The notes under the pieces are model-generated. The model made no database searches and was not told the origin of the DNA. It saw only the letters and a program-made list of their open reading frames with translations. A DNA stretch of 63,377 nucleotides, the filler included, from Octopus bimaculoides (taxonomy: Eukaryota), in the NCBI RefSeq assembly GCF_001194135.2. It is 5 parts of 5 records of this genome, joined end to end, with 100 filler letters (N's around TTAATTAATTAA, not from the genome) between each part and the next. Parts side by side here need not be neighbours in the genome. Positions count along the whole stretch, not along the records: positions 1 to 20,852 come from NC_068984.1; 4 more parts are not named here. One strand, written 5' to 3'. Position 1 is the stretch's first letter; the number at the start of each line of letters is the position of its first letter. Of the stretch, positions 1 through 12,150 are shown piece by piece. Made by a program: the position numbers and the translations under genes.

Positions 1-9
1 ATTAGATCG

Positions 10-225
10 GTGAGCTGGCAGAATCGTTAGCACGCTGAGCGAAATGCTTGGCGACATTTCGTACTCCTTGTCGTTCTGAGTTCAAATTCTGTCGAGATCA
101 ACTTTGCCTTTCATTCTTTCGGGGTCGATAAATTAAGTACCAATGAAACACTGGGGTGGATGTAATCAACTAGTCCCCTCTCACCATAACTTCAGGCCTT
201 GTGCTGCTAGTAGAAAAGATGATTA
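10..225 (+). mobile_element. SINE family B (tRNA-like head, GCCTTTCATCCTTTCGGGGTCGATAAA core, TTA tail)
   Basis: Same body recurs at about ten loci in the window; B-box-like GAGTTCAAAT; (TTA)n tail. Confidence 0.85.
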
Positions 226-247
226 TTATTATTATTATTATTTTATA

Positions 248-672
248 GGCGCAGGAGTGGCTGTGTGGTAAGTAGCTTGCTTGCCAACCACATGGTTGCG
301 GGTTCAGTTCCACTGCGTGGCACCTTAGGCAAGTGTCTTCTACTATAGCCTGGGACCGACCAAAGCCTTGTGCATGGATTTGGTAGACGGAAACTGAAAG
401 AAGCCCGTCATATATATATGTATCTGTGTATATATATATGTATGTGTGTGTGTGTGTGTTTGTGTGCCTGTGTTTATCCTCCCAGCATCGCGTGACAACC
501 GATGGTGGTGTGTTTACGTCCCCTAGTAACTTAGCGGTTCGGCAAAGGTGACCGATAGAATAAGTACTAGGCTTACAAAGAATAAGTCCTGGGGTCGATT
601 TGCTCGACTAAAGGCCGTGCTCCAGCATGGCCGCAACAAGATGACTGAAACAAGTAAACGAGTAAAAGAGTA
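248..672 (+). mobile_element. SINE family A, full length, internal (TA)n(TG)n
   Basis: A-box TGGCTGTGTGG, B-box GGTTCAGTTCC, body repeated many times in the window, AAAAGAGT tail. Confidence 0.9.
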
Positions 673-686
673 TAATTATTATTGTT

Positions 687-868
687 AAGGCAACGAGCTG
701 TTCGAATCGTCACTGAGCCGGGCAAAATGTATGTCGTCCGTCTTCACGTTCCGAGTTCAAATTTCACGGAGGTCGACTTTGCTTTTCATCCCTTTCGGGG
801 TCGATTAAATAATTAATCGACTTAACTCCAAACCCGAAATTGCTGGCCTTGTTCCAAAATTAGAAACC

Positions 869-870
<2 letters not shown>
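687..870 (+). mobile_element. SINE family B, degenerate, followed by (TTA)n to 940
   Basis: Aligns by eye to the 10-225 copy. Confidence 0.8.
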
Positions 871-940
<70 letters not shown>

Positions 941-942
<2 letters not shown>

Positions 943-1155
943 GGCGGCGAGTTAGAGTCGTTAGCACGCCAGACAAAATTCTTACCGACATTTCGTCTGC
1001 CTTTTACTTTCTGAGTTCAAATTCCACCGAAGTCGACTTTACCTTTCATCCTTTTGGGGTCGATGAAATAAGTGGCAGTTGAGCACTAAGGTCAATGTTA
1101 TCGGCTTCTCATTGCCCTCTAAAAACTGTTGGTCCTGAGCCAAAATTTGAAACCA
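941..1155 (+). mobile_element. SINE family B
   Basis: Head aaggcggcgag, B-box gagttcaaattcc, core cctttcatccttttggggtcgat. Confidence 0.8.
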
Positions 1156-1462
1156 TTGGTGATGATGATGCAGACGACGGGGATGATGTCGAAGAGAAGG
1201 AGGAACAAGAACAAGAAGTAGTAGAAGAAAAATCAAGATGTATAGAAGAAAAAGAGCAGGAACGGCGACAGCAACAAATACAACAATAACAACAACAACA
1301 GTTGAAGCAGTAGAATGAGTAGGTGTTATAACAGTGCTTCTCTACTTGGCATTGGTTCAATATAATTAGAACCTGTATATTTTGTTAATTTGCATCGTTT
1401 TCATAAATTACAGCGGCATGAGAAGATATGTGTGTGCAGGGTTTTAGAATGTATGTGCATGG

Positions 1463-1534
<72 letters not shown>

Positions 1535-1893
1535 GAGTATGCGCGCGCGCNNNNNNNNNNNNNNNNNNNNNNNNNNNNNNNNNNNNNNNNNNNNNNNNNN
1601 NNNNNNNNNNNNNNNNNNNNNNNNNNNNNNNNNNNNNNNNNNNNNNNNNNNNNNNNNNNNNNNNNNNNNNNNNNNNNNNNNNNNNNNNNNNNNNNNNNNN
1701 NNNNNNNNNNNNNNNNNNNNNNNNNNNNNNNNNNNNNNNNNNNNNNNNNNNNNNNNNNNNNNNNNNNNNNNNNNNNNNNNNNNNNNNNNNNNNNNNNNNN
1801 NNNNNNNNNNNNNNNNNNNNNNNNNNNNNNNNNNNNNNNNNNNNNNNNNNNNNNNNNNNNNNNNNNNNNNNNNNNNNNNNNNATATATATCTG

Positions 1894-2110
1894 TGTGTAT
1901 GTGTTTGTGTGTCTGTGTTTGTGTGTCTGTGTTTGTCCCCACAACATCGCCTGACAACCGATGGTGGTGTGTTTACTTCCCCGTAACCTAGCGGTTAGGT
2001 GTAAGAGACCGATAGAATAAGTACTAGGCTTACAAAGAATAAGTCCTGGGGTCGATTTGCTCGACTAAAGGCGTTGCTCCAGCATGGCCGCAGTCAAATG
2101 ACTGAAACTA
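1894..2110 (+). mobile_element. SINE family A, 3' half after gap
   Basis: Near-identical to 470-660. Confidence 0.85.
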
Positions 2111-2697
2111 ACGAAGCTAACAAGAATGCAAGATCTATTTCGGCCTTCTTCTGCCTTTTCCATGACATGTACGTGCAGTCCCATACCTAGACGAAATTTG
2201 ATGTGTGTGTTGTTTGCTCGTTGAATTTGGAATTATGTGGCAAACAGCTCACATCAAAAAATTTATTAGTGCTTACTGACATAAAATCTAACGTTCAGAT
2301 ATTGACCATAACAAACAAATCAATTTATGACTGCTGATATATGAAGCTAACGATGAAAAAAAAAAAAACTTTAGTGAGAATATGTACGTGAATTCAACCA
2401 GTGTATAAGAGAGAGAGAGAGAGCAAGAATAATCAGATATTGAATACGAGACTATGAAGCCCTGGAAACGTCGAATATGAATTTAGGAACTTTATCATTC
2501 TAAACTAACTGTAAAAAGATTAAAGAAGTGCGAAAAATCTAAAATAAACACGATAAACGTGAACATAGTTGTATATTTAATGAAGTACACATATTCATAT
2601 ACATATATGTACATACATACACACTCCTGTACATTTTTGTATGGCTACATATATATATGTGTGCATACATATGCATTTCGTATCATTTTTGTTATAT

Positions 2698-2764
<67 letters not shown>

Positions 2765-2784
2765 TATATATATATGTATATATG

Positions 2785-2860
2785 TATTTGCGTGTCTGTG
2801 TTTGTCTCCCCAGCATCACTTGATAACCGATGTTGGTGTGTTTATGTCTCCGTAACTCGG
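2785..2860 (+). mobile_element. SINE family A fragment
   Basis: gtgtctgtgtttgtctccccagcatcacttgataaccgatgttggtgtg matches the family A body. Confidence 0.65.
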
Positions 2861-3418
2861 AGGCTCAAAAGCTTGATTTTTAAATATCAACTCACATGTC
2901 CGTGTGTTTAGAGATATTATGAAAAATTTATTTTGACATATACATATAGTTTTGCAAAATATATTTTTTGCACATAGTATCACTAAACACGTGATGGTGT
3001 GAGACCTAATGAATAGCATGAAACCATTGATAGTTCGCATTGCTTTATGAATATAAATCTGTTACTCTATATTTTTGCATCGAGTACTATATTTTCTTTG
3101 ATATATTTGATATTATCAAAGTATACGACATAGTCTTCACTTACGTAGTACATAATATATCTCAATACACTGTTTTAATGATTTCTAATCTTTAGATATG
3201 CAACACACGGCATGTGTCATTCCATCGTTTCACCAAATTGCCACAACACAAACGTTAATGTGGTTAGACACGTTTTCAAAGACTCGAGGTACATAAATAC
3301 AAGTTAAGATATTGTATATCATCATATGGTTTTAACGAATTGCATTATAATAATTCACAGCTGAGCGCTCTTAGTTGTAAAAATAAGATTACCCAGTGTG
3401 AACTGAAAACATTTAGAA

Positions 3419-3704
3419 CAGGGATTTTCAAACTTTTTGACTTGCGGACCCCTTTATATTTCAGGCTTTACCTTAGGGAACGCTTATGAAATTTATACAT
3501 AAATATTTGCTTAACATAACATATATTTTTACATTTATTTATTTAACAGTATTTAACGAATAGGTTTATTGTCAATTAAAAGATTTCGATTAAAAAACAT
3601 ATATAAAATCAAATTGCCCATAAAAAGTATTTGCTGTCCACGGACCCACTGTCTTGTCCTTGCGGACCCCCTGTGGTCCGCGGACCATAGTTTGAAATCC
3701 CCTG
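3419..3704. mobile_element. hAT (Charlie-like) MITE, 286 bp
   Basis: TIRs CAGGGATTTTCAAACT / AGTTTGAAATCCCCTG; 8-bp TSD atttagaa/atttagac (7/8); subterminal GCGGACCCC/GGTCCGCGGACC repeats. Confidence 0.85.
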
Positions 3705-4725
3705 ATTTAGACTATCAAAAATATCGTCCTCTTTTAAATAAACCCTACATCAAAAAATAATGGTGAAATCCGAAGGCCTAATCAAGCGCATGCTCTGGAG
3801 AGTGGGTTTGTTTGAATCAAATTTAGGTGATAAATCAACATACAACGATAGCACTAAAACCGGAACTACTCTNNNNNNNNNNNNNNNNNNNNNNNNNNNN
3901 NNNNNNNNNNNNNNNNNNNNNNNNNNNNNNNNNNNNNNNNNNNNNNNNNNNNNNNNNNNNNNNNNNNNNNNNNNNNNNNNNNNNNNNNNNNNNNNNNNNN
4001 NNNNNNNNNNNNNNNNNNNNNNNNNNNNNNNNNNNNNNNNNNNNNNNNNNNNNNNNNNNNNNNCAAAAAAAATAACCCCCCCCCCTTTACAACAGCTACT
4101 AAAGCAATATATACAACATATTTGTTTGGTTAAGAAAATGGCTACAAGAGTGTTCCTCTCTTTATAATGAGTTTATTTTTCTTTAAACGGACACATGTGA
4201 TATACACACATAAGATAGTTTCACCAAATTCATACGTTTTTTTTTGTACCCCATCCTACGATATCAACAAATATCCATATTTCACCTCTACGGCATTCGT
4301 GACGGAAGTGGAAGGAAACAATTTCGACCGGAAGTTGAAATTACGTCACACGTTTAAACTCAACTTGATTTAACTGACGTGGATCTTACGGTTTGCTCCC
4401 CTGTGTTCACTATATCGTCGAGTAGTCAGACATAGTAGGTGATAAATGTCTATATTTGTAATCCTCAAGCACATTAGAAACTCTCAACGCTAAATATTAA
4501 TCTGTGTTGATAATTAGCGTCGTTTTGTTTTAAGTGAAATTATGATATATTTAAATGACATACAGGCAAAGAACCGAGAAGTATCACATGACCATTGTAA
4601 CATATGCGCACACACGCAGGCGCACACACGCAGGCGCACACACGCAGGCGCACACACAAAAACACAAAAATACACAGATGTGTATATTCATAGGTAAATA
4701 TATATGCACATATACACGCGTATAT

Positions 4726-4814
<89 letters not shown>

Positions 4815-5264
4815 TACATCTCTCTTAACGTATATGTGCATATGTATGTATGAAATATGNNNNNNNNNNNNNNNNNNNNNNNNNNNNNNNNNNNNNNNNN
4901 NNNNNNNNNNNNNNNNNNNNNNNNNNNNNNNNNNNNNNNNNNNNNNNNNNNNNNNNNNNNNNNNNNNNNNNNNNNNNNNNNNNNNNNNNNNNNNNNNNNN
5001 NNNNNNNNNNNNNNNNNNNNNNNNNNNNNNNNNNNNNNNNNNNNNNNNNNNNNNNNNNNNNNNNNNNNNNNNNNNNNNNNNNNNNNNNNNNNNNNNNNNN
5101 NNNNNNNNNNNNNNNNNNNNNNNNNNNNNNNNNNNNNNNNNNNNNNNNNNNNNNNNNNNNNNNNNNNNNNNNNNNNNNNNNNNNNNNNNNNNNNNNNNNN
5201 NNNNNNNNNNNNNNNNNNNNNNNNNNNNNNNNNNNNNNNNNNNNNNNNNNNNNNNNTGTGTGTG

Positions 5265-5298
<34 letters not shown>

Positions 5299-7139
5299 CT
5301 TAACAATATCTCTTGTATGTAGATGCATACGCACACATAGATGTGTATAAGCATTCTACGTAGGCACGTATGATTATAGAATGTAAATGATATATGGAGC
5401 TACGTCTTTACTGAATTTTTCCGCCATAAATCAAGCGTTTGGAGTATTTACTTGGCGCCATTTTTAATCCTCTGTCTTCAGTTGAAAGTAACAAATATCT
5501 CTTTAATACTGTGATGGGAAAACGAAGTCGGAAGGAAACAATAATGCCGGATGGAGATCTTTCAATTTTGACTTATTTCTAATCTCAGGAATAGATAGAT
5601 AGCTTCGTTGACAAACAGTCCATGTGAAACTAGATTAGTCATTAGTCAGTTCAGCATTGAGCTGAACTTTTCTGCTTGGTGTGTGTTAGGTTCAATAAGC
5701 TTTATATTACTGTCTGTGCTAGTGTTGTTGTTGCTGTTGTTATTGTTATTGTTGTTGGTGGTTGCGGCGGCGGCGTTAGCTTTTGTCAGGTTTACTGTTA
5801 AACATATGAGAATCAACGTTGTTTGAAAACCTATGAATTTGTTATGCACGATATTCATATTTGTTTTTACTCTTTTAGTTCCGCTAGTGACTGAATTAAA
5901 TTTCGAGGTCAGGTTGCTAATGTCTCCTATAATCTCTTTTATTTTAGCCAATATAAATGTTGGTTTGTTGGTTGATTTTTCCACCACAAATTACATTGAG
6001 AGAAGGTGATAAAGAAAGGAAGATAAAGAAAGCGTTAATATAAGAGGTACAGGATAAGTGCACATACTATGCTTGGTGGCATGCAATGAGTGAATAAATG
6101 ACACATACAGACAGTGAAAAAGAAAGAATCAGAGAGACATGAGGGAAGTAGTTATGGGAAGAGCTATGCAAAGGAAAAAGTTTTCTTTCAAAAGTTTGTA
6201 TTCATTTCATCCCTTTGTACGAACGCTAAGAAATGTGATAAAACTTAGTTTTGCCTATGATAGCAAAACTATACCTCTAAAGTTACCCGTTATATGACAG
6301 ATAACACTCTTGTTTTTAATAATCTATGAAATTAAAAAATAAATTTAATGTACAAATTAAAGAGCATAAGAATTTTCGGCTCAATTATTTGGCTAGGATC
6401 ATAATTTTGCATAATGCCTTTTAATCTTGAAGATGCAAAATGGTTAGCATGGCGTTAAATTTTGTTGTGTATCGCCATGAATCTACCAGTTATATGCTTG
6501 ATTTCAACAAATTTAACGTATCTGTGCACTCAATGAGCAATATGTACACAAGAACATGTTGAGTATAACTGAGAGGAATCACCATAAATTGCATCGTCAA
6601 CTGTGTTACGATATTTATCTCGTTCATCTAATGTGCTTAGCTAATATTTTCCGATGTCGATTAAAATATTGATCCACCAGACATCGATAATTCATAAGAA
6701 AATCAAAACAATACAAAACAAAAGAACGATAATGGGAGCTGTTCTATCTGCGTTATTCTTTTTTCTTAAAGGGCCTTCAACTAAGGCAAAAAAGCAAATA
6801 ATTATTTAAATTAAGGCGTTTTAGGTTACGCTTCAACTAGAACGGGTCGGATTTGCTTTCCGAACATTTCCAGAGAAGATATGATCGCAAAGGTAAACAA
6901 TTTTGGTAAACAAAATATTATAGCGACAATGTTAACATTAATAATTGAACGACTGAGATATATTGTGACACTGGGGTGACGTAATAGAAAACCAAAGAGT
7001 TAACCGTCATATTACAAGTAACTTTAGAAGTATACTTTTGCTCGTAATCGTCATGTATCGTACGCTTTTACAGTGCGTTGATAACACTACAGCGAAAGTC
7101 TTTCCGATTAAGGGCGAGTGCTATCGGATGAAACCAGAG

Positions 7140-7320
7140 CGTTACTTCGTCCTGATTTTTTCATAGTGTTTTCTCGGCAGAGATATAGGGGGTGGTTTGC
7201 TGTTACCTTCCCCAACTGGGTGGCTGTAGACCCATAGGGAGCTCATTCGGCCTTCGGCAACTCTTGTGTTAATCCTGCTGGGTGTTCCGACCCCCTGTTC
7301 ATAAGAGTGGCAAGCGCGCG
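7140..7320 (-). mobile_element. Possible RTE-derived UTR fragment (Bov-A-like motif)
   Basis: Minus strand reads GGGGAAGGTAACAGCAAACCACCCCCTATATCTCTGCCGAGAAAAC, resembling from memory the RTE/Bov-A GGAGAAGG..ATGGCA.CCCACTCCAGTA..CTTGCC.GGA.AATCC motif. Confidence 0.35.
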
Positions 7321-7904
7321 CACACACACACACACACACGCACACAGAGACACACACACAGACACACACACACACACACACGCACACAGAGACACACACA
7401 CACAGACACACAGACACACACAGAGACACCCCACACACATAATATGTGTATTAGTAAATGTAGGGATAGGCAGGTTAGACAGATCAATATGTTAAGTGTA
7501 TTAAGTATATTAGCACATTGAAACTGAAAGGACATCCCCGCTGACGGGGCCTTGACTCATGTAATTAACGACTACAGCACGAACACCGACACACTCACTC
7601 ACATTGACAATATAAACCACAGACAACATGAACCAGAAGAATATATTTCAATGAATGCAATATATAGGTAGTGACAAGTGGGAGCACTACAGAGAATATA
7701 CATAAATGTGACGAGTGTTCCGTCTTTTTTTTTTTTACCAGAAATGAGTAACTGTCGTCATGTTCTTTGACTAAGTTACAATCTTCTCTATTGCTTATTC
7801 TCCTTGCCTTCATCCTCGTCGGGCGTTTCTTCTTTCTCCTCCCTACCCTCTTCTTCTTCATCTTCTCTGTCTCGTCGTCGCCATCTTTGTCATCCTCGTC
7901 GTCG

Positions 7905-8860
7905 TCCCCTCTTCTTCTTCTTCTTCTTCTTCTTCTTCTTCTTCTTCTTCTTCTTCTTCTTCTTCTTCTTCTTCTTCTTCTTCTTCTGCTTCTTTCTCCT
8001 CCTCCTCTTCCTCCACCTCTTCCTCCTCCACTTCCTCCTCCTCCTCTTCCTCCTCCACTTCCTNNNNNNNNNNNNNNNNNNNNNNNNNNNNNNNNNNNNN
8101 NNNNNNNNNNNNNNNNNNNNNNNNNNNNNNNNNNNNNNNNNNNNNNNNNNNNNNNNNNNNNNNNNNNNNNNNNNNNNNNNNNNNNNNNNNNNNNNNNNNN
8201 NNNNNNNNNNNNNNNNNNNNNNNNNNNNNNNNNNNNNNNNNNNNNNNNNNNNNNNNNNNNNNNNNNNNNNNNNNNNNNNNNNNNNNNNNNNNNNNNNNNN
8301 NNNNNNNNNNNNNNNNNNNNNNNNNNNNNNNNNNNNNNNNNNNNNNNNNNNNNNNNNNNNNNNNNNNNNNNNNNNNNNNNNNNNNNNNNNNNNNNNNNNN
8401 NNNNNNNNNNNNNNNNNNNNNNNNNNNNNNNNNNNNNNNNNNNNNNNNNNNNNNNNNNNNNNNNNNNNNNNNNNNNNNNNNNNNNNNNNNNNNNNNNNNN
8501 NNNNNNNNNNNNNNNNNNNNNNNNNNNNNNNNNNNNNNNNNNNNNNNNNNNNNNNNNNNNNNNNNNNNNNNNNNNNNNNNNNNNNNNNNNNNNNNNNNNN
8601 NNNNNNNNNNNNNNNNNNNNNNNNNNNNNNNNNNNNNNNNNNNNNNNNTCTTCCTCCTCCACTTCCTCCTCCTCCTCTTCCTCCTCCACTTCCTCCTCCA
8701 CATCCTCTTCCTCTTCCTCCTCCACTTCCTCCTCCTCCTCCACTTCCTCTTCCTCCTCCTCTTCCTCCACCTCTTCCTCCTCCTCTTCCTCCACCTCTTC
8801 CTCCTCCTCTTCCTCTTCCTCCTTCTCTTCTGCCTCCTCTGCCTCCCCTCCCCCTCCTCT
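7905..8860. repeat. (TTC)n/(TCC)n polypyrimidine tract spanning a gap
   Basis: Direct inspection. Confidence 0.95.
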
Positions 8861-9258
8861 ACCTTCTGTGAAAAAAATACCGACTGTAGCCATCTCTGGA
8901 GAGGAGCTTAAAGATGCCCAAGACACGCAACATATCATGACATCATGACGGTACCAACTTATATATCAGGCTGAAACATGGCCCGTAGAGTTCCTATAAC
9001 CCTCTCTCGCCAAGGAATCACAGTTTTAAACGAATAACGTTAAGTTTAAGAATTTGTCGCTTGGTATTGTAAAAAACTGAATGAAGGTACAAAAAATATA
9101 AATATAGATAAATGAAAAAAAATAAAAAGTTAGCATAATCAATGATAGTCTAAAGTATTCACGAAGAACGAGAAATTAACATAAGTAATCTGCATAGAAT
9201 CAAAGAAAAATCTAGTACTAATGAAAATTTAAACAAAAAGACTTATTGGCAAATACTA

Positions 9259-9317
<59 letters not shown>

Positions 9318-10028
9318 TAATAATAACACTTTGAGAGCGAGAATATAAGAATGAAATGGACCCCCACCCTAGAAAACAATCCAAAAAACCCGAAGAAAAT
9401 GAGGAAATTTTCACAGAGTCAATGAATAAAATGGAAGAATAAAGTTTATTGAAAACTTTTCAGAATCTTTAATTACTGACATTTGAAGATAATATCTAAA
9501 ATTCTCGAAACATCTTTTACATCTGTTGAAATTATGCGTAAAATTCAGCAAAGTCTTTCACACAGACATATACACACACGCAGAGGCTCACACATACACA
9601 CAACCACGCCACCGACACGCACACACATGAACATGAACATACGTGTTTTTCTTTATTTATGTTTTTTCAGTTTTACATGACTCAAGTAGCTTTCGATAGG
9701 GTAGCAAAACTTACCGTTCACAACCAGATGTTTCTTTTGTTTGCTCACCGTTAATTAACATATGCATGTGCCTTACATTAAGTATGTATGTATGTATGTA
9801 TAATGTGTATGTGTGTGTATGTATGTATGCACATATATGTATACATATATCGTATATATGCATATATGTATTAATTATATATATACATACATATCTATAC
9901 GATATATATATATATGAATGTATATGTATATATACACATATCGATATATATATATACACATGCGTCTCAATATGTATATGTTGCCAAATGCTAATACATA
10001 CCCATTTATCACCTATATGTATGCATCT

Positions 10029-10124
<96 letters not shown>

Positions 10125-10689
10125 NNNNNNNNNNNNNNNNNNNNNNNNNNNNNNNNNNNNNNNNNNNNNNNNNNNNNNNNNNNNNNNNNNNNNNNNNNNN
10201 NNNNNNNNNNNNNNNNNNNNNNNNNNNNNNNNNNNNNNNNNNNNNNNNNNNNNNNNNNNNNNNNNNNNNNNNNNNNNNNNNNNNNNNNNNNNNNNNNNNN
10301 NNNNNNNNNNNNNNNNNNNNNNNNNNNNNNNNNNNNNNNNNNNNNNNNNNNNNNNNNNNNNNNNNNNNNNNNNNNNNNNNNNNNNNNNNNNNNNNNNNNN
10401 NNNNNNNNNNNNNNNNNNNNNNNNNNNNNNNNNNNNNNNNNNNNNNNNNNNNNNNNNNNNNNNNNNNNNNNNNNNNNNNNNNNNNNNNNNNNNNNNNNNN
10501 NNNNNNNNNNNNNNNNNNNNNNNNNNNNNNNNNNNNNNNNNNNNNNNNNNNNNNNNNNNNNNNNNNNNNNNNNNNNNNNNNNNNNNNNNNNNNNNNNNNN
10601 NNNNNNNNNNNNNNNNNNNNNNNNNNNNNNNNNNNNNNNNNNNNNNNNNNNNNNNNNNNNNNNNNNNNNNNNNNNNNNNNNNNNNNNNN

Positions 10690-10736
<47 letters not shown>

Positions 10737-10841
10737 ATAAGCATGCACACATATGTATGTATGTGTACATATATAAATACCATATATAATCAATATTATA
10801 ACCATACACACGCACACACGCACACACACACACACGCACAT

Positions 10842-10946
10842 ATATAGATGTTTTCGATCTAGTTTGGATTCTTTGCCATCAAATTTGAATTCTTTGCAAT
10901 CAGATTTGATGGCAAAGAATCCAAACTAGATCGAAAACATCTATAT
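10842..10946. repeat. Perfect 43-bp inverted repeat, 19-nt spacer
   Basis: 10842-10884 is the exact reverse complement of 10904-10946. Confidence 0.95.
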
Positions 10947-11815
10947 TATCTCTCCTATAACCTGTCTCCGTTTTGGGACTGCAGGCAAACAGGAACACTA
11001 ACTTGACGGTTGTAGTTTAGAAAACCGACAACAGGACAAAACACACTGAAGTGGTCTTCTATGCTACGCGTGGTATCTTGGCCTTCAGCCCTCAACTGTA
11101 ATATTCACCTCCACCCCACTGAGTAACTGGATAAGGTCTGGGATGTTTCCTATTTTCTTCGATTTTATATGGTGGATGATCTCCACTGAGATTCGAGATC
11201 GAAACATCCTCTACATTTTCTTCACTCTCAGAAATGTCTTACTTCCTTCCAAAGTTACACAGGCTAACGACCACCAGATGCTTAGCTTAAGTGGAATTAC
11301 CTCTATTTTAATGCAACAGGTCCTTCTCCCTAAAGACGTTGTGCACAGGGTGAGCTCCTGTCGCGCAAGGAAGCAATAAAGTGCTTCAGCCTGTGGGTTT
11401 CGCCGATGAAGAGGATTTCCAAACTCCCTAACTGCCTTGATGACATGCTCTGTCTCTTCCCATATGTCTTTCACGTGTGTCGCTACATTTGGCTGTCAGA
11501 TTTTAGTTGACACCTCTACAGTATTGCTCTCTACAGTACTGTCGCTGCCTAAATATTAGCTACAATGATAATTTGTGCTCTCGTCCCTTTCATCCCTACA
11601 AGCTGTTTTACTGTGTCCTGCGTGTCTCCTTTTCATTTAGACAGATCGAGAAGTGATGTGTTGGCTTCGCCTCCATCCAGTAAACGCTTATTTGCTCATG
11701 GAGTCGATCCCACCGCTTTGTCATTGTTATTTTCGTTATTGTTGCCACCTCTGCTGTAGTCAGTGCTATCAATTTTGATGTTGTAGTTGTTGATATTGTT
11801 CCTGTGCATGCTTAT

Positions 11816-12150
11816 TGGCACTCCGTTGCTTACGACGTCGAGGGTTCCAGTCGATCTGATCAACGGAACAGCCTGCTCGTGAAATTAACGTGCAAGTGGC
11901 TGAGCAATCCACAGACACGTGTACCCTTAACGTAGTTCTCGGGGGATATTCAGCGTGACACAGTGTGACAAGGCTGACCCTTTGAATTACAGGCACAACA
12001 GAAACAGGAAGAAAGAGTGAGAGAAAGTTGTGGTGAAAGAGTACAGCAGGGTCTGTCACCATCCCCTACCGGAGCCTCGGTCTGGGAATCGAAACCGCGA
12101 TCCTATGACCGCGAGTCCACTGCCCTAACCACTGGGCCATTGCGCCTCCA
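11816..12150 (-). mobile_element. SINE family C, full length
   Basis: tRNA-like head TGGAGGCGCAATGGCCCAGTGGTTAGGGCAG...GGTTTCGATTCC; flanked by catgcttat (11807-11815, 12151-12159); close to the 35668-36050 copy. Confidence 0.9.

Noticed and set aside
248-330. SINE heads as tRNA genes (also 35668 and 12150)
   Set aside because: They have A/B boxes but run directly into repeated SINE bodies with tails and TSDs; no complete cloverleaf was evident.
5646-5987. 113-aa minus-strand ORF with poly-Asn
   Set aside because: No recognisable domain or convincing splice sites, and the poly-N derives from a (TTG)n microsatellite.
7200-7300. HDV-like or twister ribozyme in the GC-rich island
   Set aside because: A CGAAU follows a short hairpin, but no P2 partner or nested pseudoknot could be found.
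11143-11560. ORFs 11143-11379 and 11211-11474 (KAVREFGNP)
   Set aside because: Probably a decayed transposable element, but no family motif could be supported by eye.
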